From contig OY969100.1 of assembly GCA_963697895.1 (NCBI GenBank), positions 896,001 to 960,000 on the forward strand: DNA of 64,000 nucleotides, in the 5' to 3' direction. This DNA comes from an uncultured Methanomicrobiales archaeon. Lineage in GTDB: Archaea; Halobacteriota; Methanomicrobia; Methanomicrobiales; Methanospirillaceae. The notes below the pieces were generated by a model that did no database searches, had not been told where the DNA came from, and saw nothing but the letters and a program-made list of their open reading frames with translations. Both the position numbers and the translations under genes were made by a program. How positions within the stretch are numbered: position 1 is the first letter of the stretch; the number at the start of each line of letters is the position of its first letter. Shown piece after piece: positions 10,059 through 19,491 of the stretch.

Positions 10059-10791
10059 AGAGGTGATCCTCCTGGAACCGGGCGATGAGCGGGCCCAGAA
10101 GATAGCAAAGGCGATAGCGAGCCCTACCGCGGGGGATATTCTGCAATCCCTGAAGGACGGGCCCAAGACCTCGACGGACCTGACCGACCTGCTCCACCTC
10201 CCGATGAGCACCGTTAAGTACCACATCGAAAATCTCCTCGATGCAGGCATCGTCGAAGTGTCCGAGACCCGTTACAGCGTCAAGGGAAGGGAGGTAAAGG
10301 TGTATACCCTGCGCGATCAGCTCCTCATTGTGGCACCCCGGATGATGAGCATCCGCTCCCTCCTCCTCAAATATGCATCGATATTCGGGGTAATTCTCCT
10401 TGCGACCCTCGTGGTGATCGCGTTGACCCCGCTCTTTTCGCAGACCGCGCCCCCCGGTCAGTACACCGGAGGAGGCGTTCCGGTGACCCCGGTACCCACC
10501 GGGTCCGTGTCGTCGACGGATATGCAGAAAGAGAGCGAAGCGGGCGGAACAAGCGGTGTCACCACCACCGGAACCGGAGAACCGGCGATAACTACGGTGC
10601 CGGGAACGATGGTCCCCACAACGGAAGGAACGAGGGAGCTTACAGGGACCCCTGTGCCCTCGATCCCGGGACCGGTCACTGGTTCGTCTCCGTTCGTCCC
10701 GTTCAGCCCCGGTCTTCTCTTCTTTACGGGGGGCTTACTGGTCCTTGCGGTCGTCATCATCGCCGATGTTGTCGTCCGGTACTGGAAATAA
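10051..10791 (+). CDS. Membrane-anchored ArsR-type HTH transcriptional regulator
   Basis: N-terminal HTH (STVKYHIENLLDAGIVEV...YSVKGREVKVY), TM1, a Thr/Gly/Pro-rich loop and TM2. Overlaps the alaS stop. Confidence 0.85.
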   Translation: MTEEVILLEPGDERAQKIAKAIASPTAGDILQSLKDGPKTSTDLTDLLHLPMSTVKYHIENLLDAGIVEVSETRYSVKGREVKVYTLRDQLLIVAPRMMSIRSLLLKYASIFGVILLATLVVIALTPLFSQTAPPGQYTGGGVPVTPVPTGSVSSTDMQKESEAGGTSGVTTTGTGEPAITTVPGTMVPTTEGTRELTGTPVPSIPGPVTGSSPFVPFSPGLLFFTGGLLVLAVVIIADVVVRYWK

Positions 10792-10930
10792 CTCGATGGG
10801 AGGGTATCCTCCCCGTCGCCAAATATTAAAAACAGGGGAAAATTAATTTTTTTTGAGGATCGCTCAGAGCTCTGTCGGTCTCAATCCATATTAAAATTAA
10901 AGAGGAAGGAAAATGGACCGGATAGGTCGG

Positions 10931-11734
10931 TCACTTCTTCCGCCGAAGCCCTGAACCGTATAAGATTCCCATCACACAGAGGGCACCAATTACAACAAAG
11001 ACCGAAAGGGGAACCCGTCCTCCACCCGGCATTGTTATGGGGATCCCGGTGGTCTCCGTGGTCGTCGGCTGTGTGGTGGGAGGGGCCGCTCCGGAGACGG
11101 TAAATTTGTACGTTCCAATGTATCCATCGGGGTCGGAAAACTCGACATAATAATTCCCGGGTTCTGTAACCGCGATGCTTCGGGATATATATCCATCCGT
11201 TGATCCCTGCTGCGCCGTGGTCGAGATGTAACGCGGGCCGAATACGTTGCCACTCGGACCGATGACAGAGAGCTCGATCGAAGTCACCCCTGCCCCCGGA
11301 ATATACGCATTGATCACCAATGCGTCCCCGAGGGTCTGGTTCAGGGGGGAGGTGATATGTACCTCACCCGAGCGATCGATCAGCTGAACCACCCGGATGG
11401 TCACCGACCCGGAGGAGAGCTTTGCAGCAAGATCCGGGCTCAGGACCGCTTCGACCTTGTACTGACCTCCCTCGAGTCCCTTCGTCTCGAACGGCACGGT
11501 AAAGACTTTGGTATCATCTATAACAACGAGCCGTCGTGCGACTTCAGACTGGGTGATCTGCGAACGCGAGAAGATCATGTCGAATTGCGTTCCTGTTGGA
11601 AACGTGGTGTCTCCGGTTACGATCAACGGTGCCCCTGCCTGCAGGGAGTCCGGTGCATAGATATTCAGGACATACGCCTGGGCAGAAGAGATGCAGAGCA
11701 CGATCAGGACCAGGGATAATCCGATCTTATTCAT
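10931..11734 (-). CDS. Secreted/surface protein with a C-terminal membrane anchor
   Basis: Signal peptide (…SSAQA), beta-rich body, Thr-rich linker, TM and basic tail RRKK. Confidence 0.85.
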   Translation of the reverse strand: MNKIGLSLVLIVLCISSAQAYVLNIYAPDSLQAGAPLIVTGDTTFPTGTQFDMIFSRSQITQSEVARRLVVIDDTKVFTVPFETKGLEGGQYKVEAVLSPDLAAKLSSGSVTIRVVQLIDRSGEVHITSPLNQTLGDALVINAYIPGAGVTSIELSVIGPSGNVFGPRYISTTAQQGSTDGYISRSIAVTEPGNYYVEFSDPDGYIGTYKFTVSGAAPPTTQPTTTETTGIPITMPGGGRVPLSVFVVIGALCVMGILYGSGLRRKK

Positions 11735-12132
11735 GCAGAAGCTCTGGAGCGGATGGGGTTTATAGATATGGAGCTTTATAAATCGGGGATGGGAAACCTT
11801 TTTTTTATTGCATACATCGGTTATTTCCCTGGTTAATCCGTCTTAAGAAACTACAACGAGTTTTTTTTGCTTCGTCCTTTTCCCTTTCTGCAGCAGCAGG
11901 AAATCGTAATGAAACAATCCCGCTAAACCGCAGAAGTCTTTATCACCAGCCCGGATGAAGATTTGTCAGATAGACCGGTCTCGTTTGGAAAACCTGATCC
12001 AGGTGAATCAATGCAAGTCCTGTTCGTCCGAATGTCTTTCAATCATCCACCGGTTCGAATACCGTTGCGGAAATCAGGGAGTCATTCGAATGTCAGGATG
12101 ATCTTGGAAGCCGGGACCCCTGGAGTGAGCTT

Positions 12133-13086
12133 ATGAATCTGTATGGAAAAATCCTGATGACCATCGGGCTCATTATCGCCGCAATCGTCCTCTGGCTGGT
12201 CTCTCCGCTGTACCCGGGATTATATCTCCCGCAGATCTCCCTGAGCCTGTTTGCCATTTCCATCGGGTATCTCTTCGTCGGAATTCTGCTGGGTGATATC
12301 CTCTTCAGGCGTATTAAGGACGACAAAACGCGGTACTCCCTCAACAAGGTCAGCACGATACTTACCGCGCTGGTAATCCTGCTGCTCCTGTTATGGATAT
12401 GGGTGACCGATCTAACTGCGTTCATCGTCGCACTCGGAGTCATCGGGGCAGGCATTGCGATTGCACTCCAGGATGTCTTTAAAAATTTTGTCGGGGGAAT
12501 CCTCATCCTTGCAAACCGGATGTACGAGGTGGGGGACCGGATCGAGATCGGCGGGGAGATCGGGGATGTTATCGACATCGGGGTGATGAGCACCACGCTC
12601 CTCGAACTCGGGGCATGGGTGCATGGGGATCAGCCGACCGGGAGGGTTACCCTTCTTCCGAACGGGAAGATCCTGACCCAGCAGCTGCACAACTACACGA
12701 AAGATCACAGTTTCATCTGGGACGAGCTGACGATCCCGATCACGTACGCCTCCGATTGGGAACGGGCGAAGGATATCATCCTCACCATCGTCCGCCAGGA
12801 TACCGCGGAGACGACGAAGAGGGCAGAAGCGGATATAGAACGACTGGGCGAAAGATACTATTTCTCGAGACGGGTCGTCGAACCGATGGTCTACATCACC
12901 CCTACCGATAACTGGATCACCTTCAATGTCCGCTATGTCACCCTCGTCCGTGATCGCCGCATATTCCGTGCGAAACTCTATGAGCACATCCTCAGGGAAC
13001 TTCAAAAGGCAGAAGGAATAAGTATCTCGTCATCGACCGTCACCGTTACCGTGGTTAAGCCGCCGGAGAGTCCTGAACAGAAATAA
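12133..13086 (+). CDS. mscS: Small-conductance mechanosensitive channel
   Basis: LGVIGAGIAIALQD...NFVGGILIL...YEVGDRIEI...GDVIDIG, LPNG and N-terminal TMs. Confidence 0.92.
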   Translation: MNLYGKILMTIGLIIAAIVLWLVSPLYPGLYLPQISLSLFAISIGYLFVGILLGDILFRRIKDDKTRYSLNKVSTILTALVILLLLLWIWVTDLTAFIVALGVIGAGIAIALQDVFKNFVGGILILANRMYEVGDRIEIGGEIGDVIDIGVMSTTLLELGAWVHGDQPTGRVTLLPNGKILTQQLHNYTKDHSFIWDELTIPITYASDWERAKDIILTIVRQDTAETTKRAEADIERLGERYYFSRRVVEPMVYITPTDNWITFNVRYVTLVRDRRIFRAKLYEHILRELQKAEGISISSSTVTVTVVKPPESPEQK

Positions 13087-13168
13087 GATCCGGGCTGAAG
13101 ACATCCCCGTAACTTCCGGGAAGTATCCCCTGTCAGTTCTCGGCGCAGGGGAGAAACGATCCTGAGCT

Positions 13169-13774
13169 TCATGTGAGTTCGATGAAGTTCCGGAGGAGCC
13201 GAAGACCAGAGGGGCCGCTCTTTTCCGGGTGGAACTGGACGCCATAGACCGTTCCACTTGAGATCACCGAGGAAAACCGGCAGATATAGTCCGTTGTCGC
13301 GAGGGAGTGCTCCGGCACTGTATCCGCATAGAAAGAATGGACAAAGTAGAAATAAGACCCGCTCGTAAGTCCGGTGAAGAGAGGGTCATCGGGTTGTTCC
13401 AGCACGACCGCGTTCCAGCCCATGTGAGGTACCTTGAATCCCGGGACCCTGGGAAAACTCCTGACCATCCCGGGGATTAAAGAACAACCGCGGTGAAGAC
13501 CGTGTTCCTCGCTCCATTCCATGAGCATCTGCATGCCGAGACAGATGCCCAGCACGGGCGTTCTCCGGCTTACTTCATGAAGGGCTGACTCAAGGGCTCC
13601 CAGTTGCTCCATTCCTTCATGGAATGCGCCTACTCCCGGCAGAATGATCCCGTCGGCCGACCCGATTACGGCAGGATCGCTGCTGATCTCCGTGCAGGCA
13701 CCCGCCCGCTCCAGTCCGCGGAGGACACTCCGGAGATTACCCAGCCCATAATCAACAATTACTATCCGTTTCAT
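13169..13774 (-). CDS. hisH: Imidazole glycerol phosphate synthase glutaminase subunit
   Basis: DYGLGNLRSV, LPGVGAF, GICLGMQ, VPHMGWN, YFVHSF and QFHPEKS. Confidence 0.97.
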   Translation of the reverse strand: MKRIVIVDYGLGNLRSVLRGLERAGACTEISSDPAVIGSADGIILPGVGAFHEGMEQLGALESALHEVSRRTPVLGICLGMQMLMEWSEEHGLHRGCSLIPGMVRSFPRVPGFKVPHMGWNAVVLEQPDDPLFTGLTSGSYFYFVHSFYADTVPEHSLATTDYICRFSSVISSGTVYGVQFHPEKSGPSGLRLLRNFIELT

Positions 13775-15161
13775 CTGTACACGATCCCTTTATTCTCCAT
13801 CGTTCTTCGGTTACCCATTCGGCCGGGAGCTGATGGGAAGCACCCCATACTCTCAATGCTTCACCCCAGTACTCCCAGAGAACCGGGTAGCGCGCCTGGA
13901 TCATTCTGATAACGGCAATATCACTCGACGGGCACATAAAACACCCGATCCGGTCGAGACCGTTCTCATAGAGGACGTTATAGGGAGCATTCTCCCGGAA
14001 AAGGTACAGCCACACGTGAAGTGCCGTCCAGTGCTGTATCGGAGCGGCAGATACCTGATTCCGGACATGCGGGTTCTGCCACACCCGCCGGCTCTGCATC
14101 CGGCGGAACGATTCGTATTTTCGCTGGCCGATGAACGAGACGCATCTGCCCCACTCCCGGTGAATCGTCTCAGAGACCGGAGTCAGTTTGCAGACGCGGC
14201 AACACCAGCGTGCATCTACGGCGGGGGGTCCTTCGCGGGAAAACCGCTCCCAGAACGCCGCCTCCCCGGATGCCCGCACGACCGGCAGATCGTACCGGGT
14301 CGCCACTGTCTCGACGTTTTCAGAGGTCTCCGGGAATTCGAGACCGGTATCGGCGAAGAGGAGCGGTACACGGCCGAGCGCCTTCAGCACCACCAGGAGC
14401 GTGGCCAGGCTGTCTTTCCCTCCGGAATAGGAGACATTGACCGGCAGCCGGTACTGGTCGGCAACATCCTTCACGAACCGGACCGATGCTTTCTCCGTCT
14501 CGTCCAGAACCGTTGCATTCGCCCTGACCGCGTCAGCCCAGGTGGCATCTCCCGGAACCAGCCGGGAGATAACATTCTTCCGCGTACGGATGATCGCCCC
14601 CCGCGCCATTCCCTCTGCCACCGCGGCACTGACCTTTGCCCTGCCGACACCCGCGCACGTTCGTTCCGGGTCGAGTATGAAGACCTCGTCTCCCTTCCGC
14701 ACGCCCGGGTCGATCGCGAGGAGACCGGGTGCCAGTACACTCGCACCCTCGTTACGGATCGAGGCGACCGCCCCGGGGTCGACGATAACGAACCCGCGTT
14801 CAGGCCGGATCAGGGCCGCTGCTTCCGGCCGCGGGATTGGCTCCCACCGTTCTTCGTCTGCGATGAAACGGATGGATCCGATGACCGCACCACCGACAAC
14901 GATCTCTTCCATCCGGTCCCGGTCGGGGACTTTGTTGAGGAGGACGAGGGAATGCCCGGGAAGGAGCTGTGCTCCGTATGCTTCCTCGTAGATCCGGTTG
15001 ACATGAGCGATATCGGACGGGAACGCGGGACGTGCATCACCGGGAGGAGTTACCGGGACGGGACGTGTAGACGCCCCACACGAACAATGCCCGGATAATA
15101 CCGGTGTATGGCAGTGATCGCACCACCGGAGGAGCGGTTTGCCGGGATAGGGGGGACGCAT
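13752..15161 (-). CDS. Phosphoadenosine phosphosulfate reductase family protein with PUA domain
   Basis: N-terminal Zn ribbon, PUA (GASVLAPG), SYSGGKDS PP-loop, RWCCRVCK and RIGCFMCP. Confidence 0.92.
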   Translation of the reverse strand: MRPPYPGKPLLRWCDHCHTPVLSGHCSCGASTRPVPVTPPGDARPAFPSDIAHVNRIYEEAYGAQLLPGHSLVLLNKVPDRDRMEEIVVGGAVIGSIRFIADEERWEPIPRPEAAALIRPERGFVIVDPGAVASIRNEGASVLAPGLLAIDPGVRKGDEVFILDPERTCAGVGRAKVSAAVAEGMARGAIIRTRKNVISRLVPGDATWADAVRANATVLDETEKASVRFVKDVADQYRLPVNVSYSGGKDSLATLLVVLKALGRVPLLFADTGLEFPETSENVETVATRYDLPVVRASGEAAFWERFSREGPPAVDARWCCRVCKLTPVSETIHREWGRCVSFIGQRKYESFRRMQSRRVWQNPHVRNQVSAAPIQHWTALHVWLYLFRENAPYNVLYENGLDRIGCFMCPSSDIAVIRMIQARYPVLWEYWGEALRVWGASHQLPAEWVTEERWRIKGSCTDETDSNC

Positions 15162-15359
15162 CAGGGTACTATCTGATAATCCCCGGATAAATAATCCTGC
15201 ATTCCGGTGAGCAGATTTTTAACTGACCTCGTGACAGAGGAATCATCAGGCGATCTATCCTGTTTAGTCCTCACGTTCTCCCAAAAAGGGGTCTTCCTCC
15301 CTGCCAGAGGCGCGGGACTTTAGTCCCTTCGCGGAGATACCTGGACCCGCTTTATCATC

Positions 15360-16565
15360 CTAGTCCTGCGATATTACTGGTTGCCCGTTTACCGGGGTTT
15401 CTCCCTTGTAAAGCCAGTTTCTGAAGAGGATAGGGGTGACGATGGTGGTAAGCAGGCTCATCAGGACAAGGGAGACGTACAGACCCTGGTCGATATACGC
15501 CTCGGTCAGGCCGATGAGTGCAACGATCATGGCCACCTCGCCCCGGGGTGACATCCCAAACCCGATGATAAGGGAATCCCTTCGAGCCCATCCCAGTAAT
15601 TTGGCCGGAATGCCGCATCCGATCACCTTGGTAAGGATCGCTACAACCGTGATCACCACGAGGAACAGGATGATCTCCGGGGTAAGGGTCCTGAAATCCG
15701 CAAGCACGCCGAGAGAGACGAAAAAGATCGCGGCAAATATGACCTGGAGATACTCCGCCCCCTCGCGGATATCCCTGCTGTGCACGAGACAGACCTCGCA
15801 GAACGAGACGCCCGCGATGAATGCACCGACGATTGCAGAGAGCCCGACGAGTTCGGCCATGAAAGCGTAGAAGAACGCGACCATCAAGGCGCTCATGAAG
15901 ACAAATTCAGGATATTTCTGTGCCAGGGGAGTTTTATCGATCTTAATGAGCACTTTGCTGATAACAAAATAACCGATCGCACCCCCGATCCCGATAAATG
16001 CGATCGCCTTGATCACCACCAGGGCGACCGACGCGATTGAAAGAACACCCGAGACGACGTCTCCCGTGATGGAGAGCGCGATCAGGCCGAGGACATCGTC
16101 GATCACGGCAGCACCGATGATCGCCTTGGCGGCTTCTGTCTGGAGCTTTCCCATCTCCTGGAGCACATTTGCAGTTATCGCGATACTGGTCGCAGTAAGA
16201 GCCGTCCCCACAAAAATGGCGCTTACGGTATTATAGCCGAAGAGGACCGAAACACCGTATCCCCCGATCCAGGGGACAATCACCCCGAGGAGGGCTATGA
16301 TCCCGTACCGAATATCGAGGAGATCCTTGGGATTGAATTCAAACCCGATCACGAAGAGGAGGATCACTGCACCGATGAGGGCCAGGCCCTGCACAAAATC
16401 GGTATACGTGATGAGTCCGAGTACGCTTGGTCCCACAATAATACCGACGAGGATCTCCCCGATCACCGCAGACTGATTGAGCCGTGATGCAATGAGATAT
16501 CCGGCAAGCGCAACGAAAAGGAGCAGGCTCATCTGGAAAACGATCGAAGCGGTCACTCCTTCCAT
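15360..16565 (-). CDS. CPA2-family cation:proton antiporter (NapA/KefB-like)
   Basis: About 12 TMs with GEILVGIIVGP, ATSIAIT, AAVIDDV, TKVIGC and PRGEV. Confidence 0.93.
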   Translation of the reverse strand: MEGVTASIVFQMSLLLFVALAGYLIASRLNQSAVIGEILVGIIVGPSVLGLITYTDFVQGLALIGAVILLFVIGFEFNPKDLLDIRYGIIALLGVIVPWIGGYGVSVLFGYNTVSAIFVGTALTATSIAITANVLQEMGKLQTEAAKAIIGAAVIDDVLGLIALSITGDVVSGVLSIASVALVVIKAIAFIGIGGAIGYFVISKVLIKIDKTPLAQKYPEFVFMSALMVAFFYAFMAELVGLSAIVGAFIAGVSFCEVCLVHSRDIREGAEYLQVIFAAIFFVSLGVLADFRTLTPEIILFLVVITVVAILTKVIGCGIPAKLLGWARRDSLIIGFGMSPRGEVAMIVALIGLTEAYIDQGLYVSLVLMSLLTTIVTPILFRNWLYKGETPVNGQPVISQD

Positions 16566-16933
16566 GTCCAAAGAACAGGTACCGATCATATAAAAACGTC
16601 GCGATTTTTAAGGGATTTGTCCTGGGTATGATCGGAAAATCACTGCCTGTTCATAAAGGCCATAATGATACCCGGCTCTCCGGTTATTTCAACCGTGCGC
16701 GCCAATATATCTTTGAAATTCGGTAAGAACCTATTTTTTTTGATTAAACAGGGAATTATCAAATTTAAACGTTTATTTTGTGGCCTTCGTTCTGCGTAGT
16801 TCTTTGGACCACACCTCGATTTTAAATCAGATTCTATCGACACGGGGGGCAAAACGGGCAGATTGAGCGCAATGTTTTTATTCTAAAAATAGCATAAGCT
16901 TTTTAACCCTATCCGGTGGGAGGTGTATTGCTT

Positions 16934-17017
16934 ATGGCAGAAAAGAAGAAGACCGCGGCAAAAAAGCCTGAAGCAAAGAAACCTGCGGCGAAGAAGCCGG
17001 CAGCGAAGAAGAAATAA
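16934..17017 (+). CDS. 27-aa Lys/Ala/Pro-rich peptide (histone H1/AlgP-tail-like)
   Basis: MAEKKKTAAKKPEAKKPAAKKPAAKKK*. Strong RBS GGGAGGTG (16918-16925), AT-rich TATA candidates at about 16875-16882 and 16900-16906, and a T-tract at about 17039-17044. Below the ORF-track cut-off. Confidence 0.75.
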   Translation: MAEKKKTAAKKPEAKKPAAKKPAAKKK

Positions 17018-17252
17018 AGCTGCAACAGCACCTATCCCTTTTTCTTCGGGGATCGTCCTGATCTCCGAATAATATCGTTTTCCCTCCATATCCTCTTCTC
17101 TGACCAATCCCATCCTTTACACAGGGTATTTCATTCCGGCCGAAAAACCTGTCATGCCAAAAATCGATGCCGTCAGGGAAAGCATCATTACCCATGAGGG
17201 ATGAAAAAATGGTCATCCGGGGTTTTAACGATCCCCAATTCGTGCTAAGAAC

Positions 17253-18395
17253 ATGACTGCCGGGAAAGATGACATACGAGGATCAGGACACGAATCGATT
17301 AATTCCGGGACTATTTCGTCGGAGAGAGCGAACATACCCCGTATGGTCTCCTGGAACGTGACTTCCCGCTGCCACCTCCGGTGCCCGCACTGCTACATCG
17401 CTGCCCGGAGTGATTGGCCATCCGATGAGCTCTCCGGAATTGAAGGGAGGAATCTCCTATACGAACTCGCCGGGGCGGGAACATCAGTAGTCATCCTCTC
17501 CGGCGGAGAGCCGCTCCTCCGGAAAGATATCTACAGCCTGATCGGATGGGGCACGGAACTGGGTCTCCATATGGCGATGGGCACATCCGGAACCCTGATC
17601 ACACAGGACGTCGCCGGACAACTGAAGGATGCGGGGATCGTCCGTATTGCGGTCAGCCTTGATTCCCACGAACCGAAAGCCCATGACCGGTTCCGGGGTC
17701 GGCCCGGCGCCTGGAAGCAGGCAGTGCAGGGCATTACGGCCGCACGAAAAGCGGGTATTCCCGTGCAGCTCAACATCTCCGTGACCCGGGAGAACTACAC
17801 GCATATCGACGACCTGATCTCTTTTGGCGAATCGCTCGGCATAGAAGATTTCCAGGTCTTCTTTGTGGTGCCGGTCGGGCGGGGAAAGATGGTGAAAGAT
17901 GTAAGTCCCCATCAATACGAGCACCTGATAAGAGAGATTCTGGAACGGGTTGCGGTTTCGGATCTTCGCATCCGACCGACCTGCGCCCCGCAGTTCATGC
18001 GCATTGCCCGACAGATGGGGATACGTGACCGGGGATGGGTGCGTGGGTGCATCGCGGGGATAAGCTACTGCAGGGTCGGCCCGGACGGAGAGGTCACCCC
18101 CTGCCCGTACCTTCCGGTCTCCGCCGGTAATGTTCGGAAAAATACTTTTAAGGAGATATGGTACCATTCACCGCTGTTGAACGATCTCCGGGATCCATCC
18201 CTGATCGAAGGGAAATGCGGAATCTGCGAGTACCTGGCAATCTGCGGCGGCTGCCGGGCACGGGCATACGGAATCAGTGCCCCGACTGCGGATCATTGTG
18301 GAAGCAGGGCTGTCGCAGGAGGAATGGACATTGCGAATGTCTTTGGTGAAGACCCATGGTGCCCGTACGAGCCGGAGGGAGAGATCGGTACATGA
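17253..18395 (+). CDS. ahbD: Radical SAM/SPASM heme b synthase-type protein (NirJ2/AhbD)
   Basis: CHLRCPHC, SGGEPL, RPTCAPQF, GCIAG, PCPY and GKCGICEY..ICGGCRARA. Adjacent to ahbAB. Confidence 0.75.
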   Translation: MTAGKDDIRGSGHESINSGTISSERANIPRMVSWNVTSRCHLRCPHCYIAARSDWPSDELSGIEGRNLLYELAGAGTSVVILSGGEPLLRKDIYSLIGWGTELGLHMAMGTSGTLITQDVAGQLKDAGIVRIAVSLDSHEPKAHDRFRGRPGAWKQAVQGITAARKAGIPVQLNISVTRENYTHIDDLISFGESLGIEDFQVFFVVPVGRGKMVKDVSPHQYEHLIREILERVAVSDLRIRPTCAPQFMRIARQMGIRDRGWVRGCIAGISYCRVGPDGEVTPCPYLPVSAGNVRKNTFKEIWYHSPLLNDLRDPSLIEGKCGICEYLAICGGCRARAYGISAPTADHCGSRAVAGGMDIANVFGEDPWCPYEPEGEIGT

Positions 18396-18892
18396 CCGAG
18401 CAGGCACAGATAGACGATATGGACCGGCCACTGCTTCAGCTCCTGCAGGATGATTTCCCGGTCACGGCATACCCATGGGATGAGATAGGAGAACGGTTGC
18501 ATATTCCCGCAGAAGAAGTGCTCGAACGAATTACCCGGCTCTCCCGGGATCATGCCCTCCGGAGCATCGGGCCCGTGATCGAGGCGAGTGCGATCGGGCT
18601 AACCGCATCCACTCTGATGGGGATAGAGGTTCCGGAAGAGCGGTTCTCCGAAGTCGCCCGGATCATAAATGCCTATGACGCTGTCTCCCATAACTACCGG
18701 AGAAATCACCGCATAAATCTCTGGTTCACCATTACCTGCCGGGATCGGGAAGAATTGAACCGGGTGCGGGAGGAGATCCTTGCACAATGCGATCTGAACG
18801 GAAGAGAGGTGCTGGATCTCCCGGTGAAGAAACGCTTCAAGATCGATGTCAGGTTTGCTCTCGTGAAGAAAGGAGACGCGGAAAATGGATGA
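18392..18892 (+). CDS. ahbA: Siroheme decarboxylase subunit alpha (Lrp/AsnC-like)
   Basis: LQDDFP..YPW, VSHNYRR...NLWFT and FKIDV. ATGA overlap with ahbD. Confidence 0.88.
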   Translation: MTEQAQIDDMDRPLLQLLQDDFPVTAYPWDEIGERLHIPAEEVLERITRLSRDHALRSIGPVIEASAIGLTASTLMGIEVPEERFSEVARIINAYDAVSHNYRRNHRINLWFTITCRDREELNRVREEILAQCDLNGREVLDLPVKKRFKIDVRFALVKKGDAENG

Positions 18893-19373
18893 TACGGACC
18901 GGAGGGTCCTCATGGCAGTACAGGACGGCCTCCCCCTGGTAAAAGACCCGTTTGGTGCGGTCGGTTCTGTGTTGGATCTCGACCGGGACGAGGTGATCCG
19001 GAGGATACAGGCCCTCATCGGGAACGGTGTCGTGCGTCGTTTCGGCGCCCGCATCAACCACCGCCGGCTGGGTATCGTGGTCAATGCGATGGTCGGATGG
19101 AACGTGCCGGAAGACCGGGTAGAACGCATCGGGATGCAGATGGCCGGGTCCCCCGCGGTCACCCATTGTTACGAGCGGGAGGTCCGCCGGGGAGACTGGA
19201 ACTACAATCTGTTTACGGTTCACCACGGGTATAGCCGGGAGGAGGTCGAAGACCAGATCGCTTCCCTCGCAAGAGAGACGGGGATCGACGAGCACGTCGT
19301 TCTCTATAGTGTGGAAGAATGCAAACGATCTACCGCCGGCCGGTTGTATCCCAGCGGGAAGAGGAGACTATGA
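18885..19373 (+). CDS. ahbB: Siroheme decarboxylase subunit beta
   Basis: RRFGARINHRRLG, NAMVGW, VTHCYER and WNYNLFTVHHG. Confidence 0.9.
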   Translation: MDDTDRRVLMAVQDGLPLVKDPFGAVGSVLDLDRDEVIRRIQALIGNGVVRRFGARINHRRLGIVVNAMVGWNVPEDRVERIGMQMAGSPAVTHCYEREVRRGDWNYNLFTVHHGYSREEVEDQIASLARETGIDEHVVLYSVEECKRSTAGRLYPSGKRRL

Positions 19374-19491
19374 TCGGATCCGTTTCTGCCGGTCCATATC
19401 GGGGATGGGTGGGGATTCCGATAATCCCGGTTTTGACTTCACTGCCAGGCCTTGACCTGAGCTTTCCTGGAATTGCGGAGGACCTAGCCGC

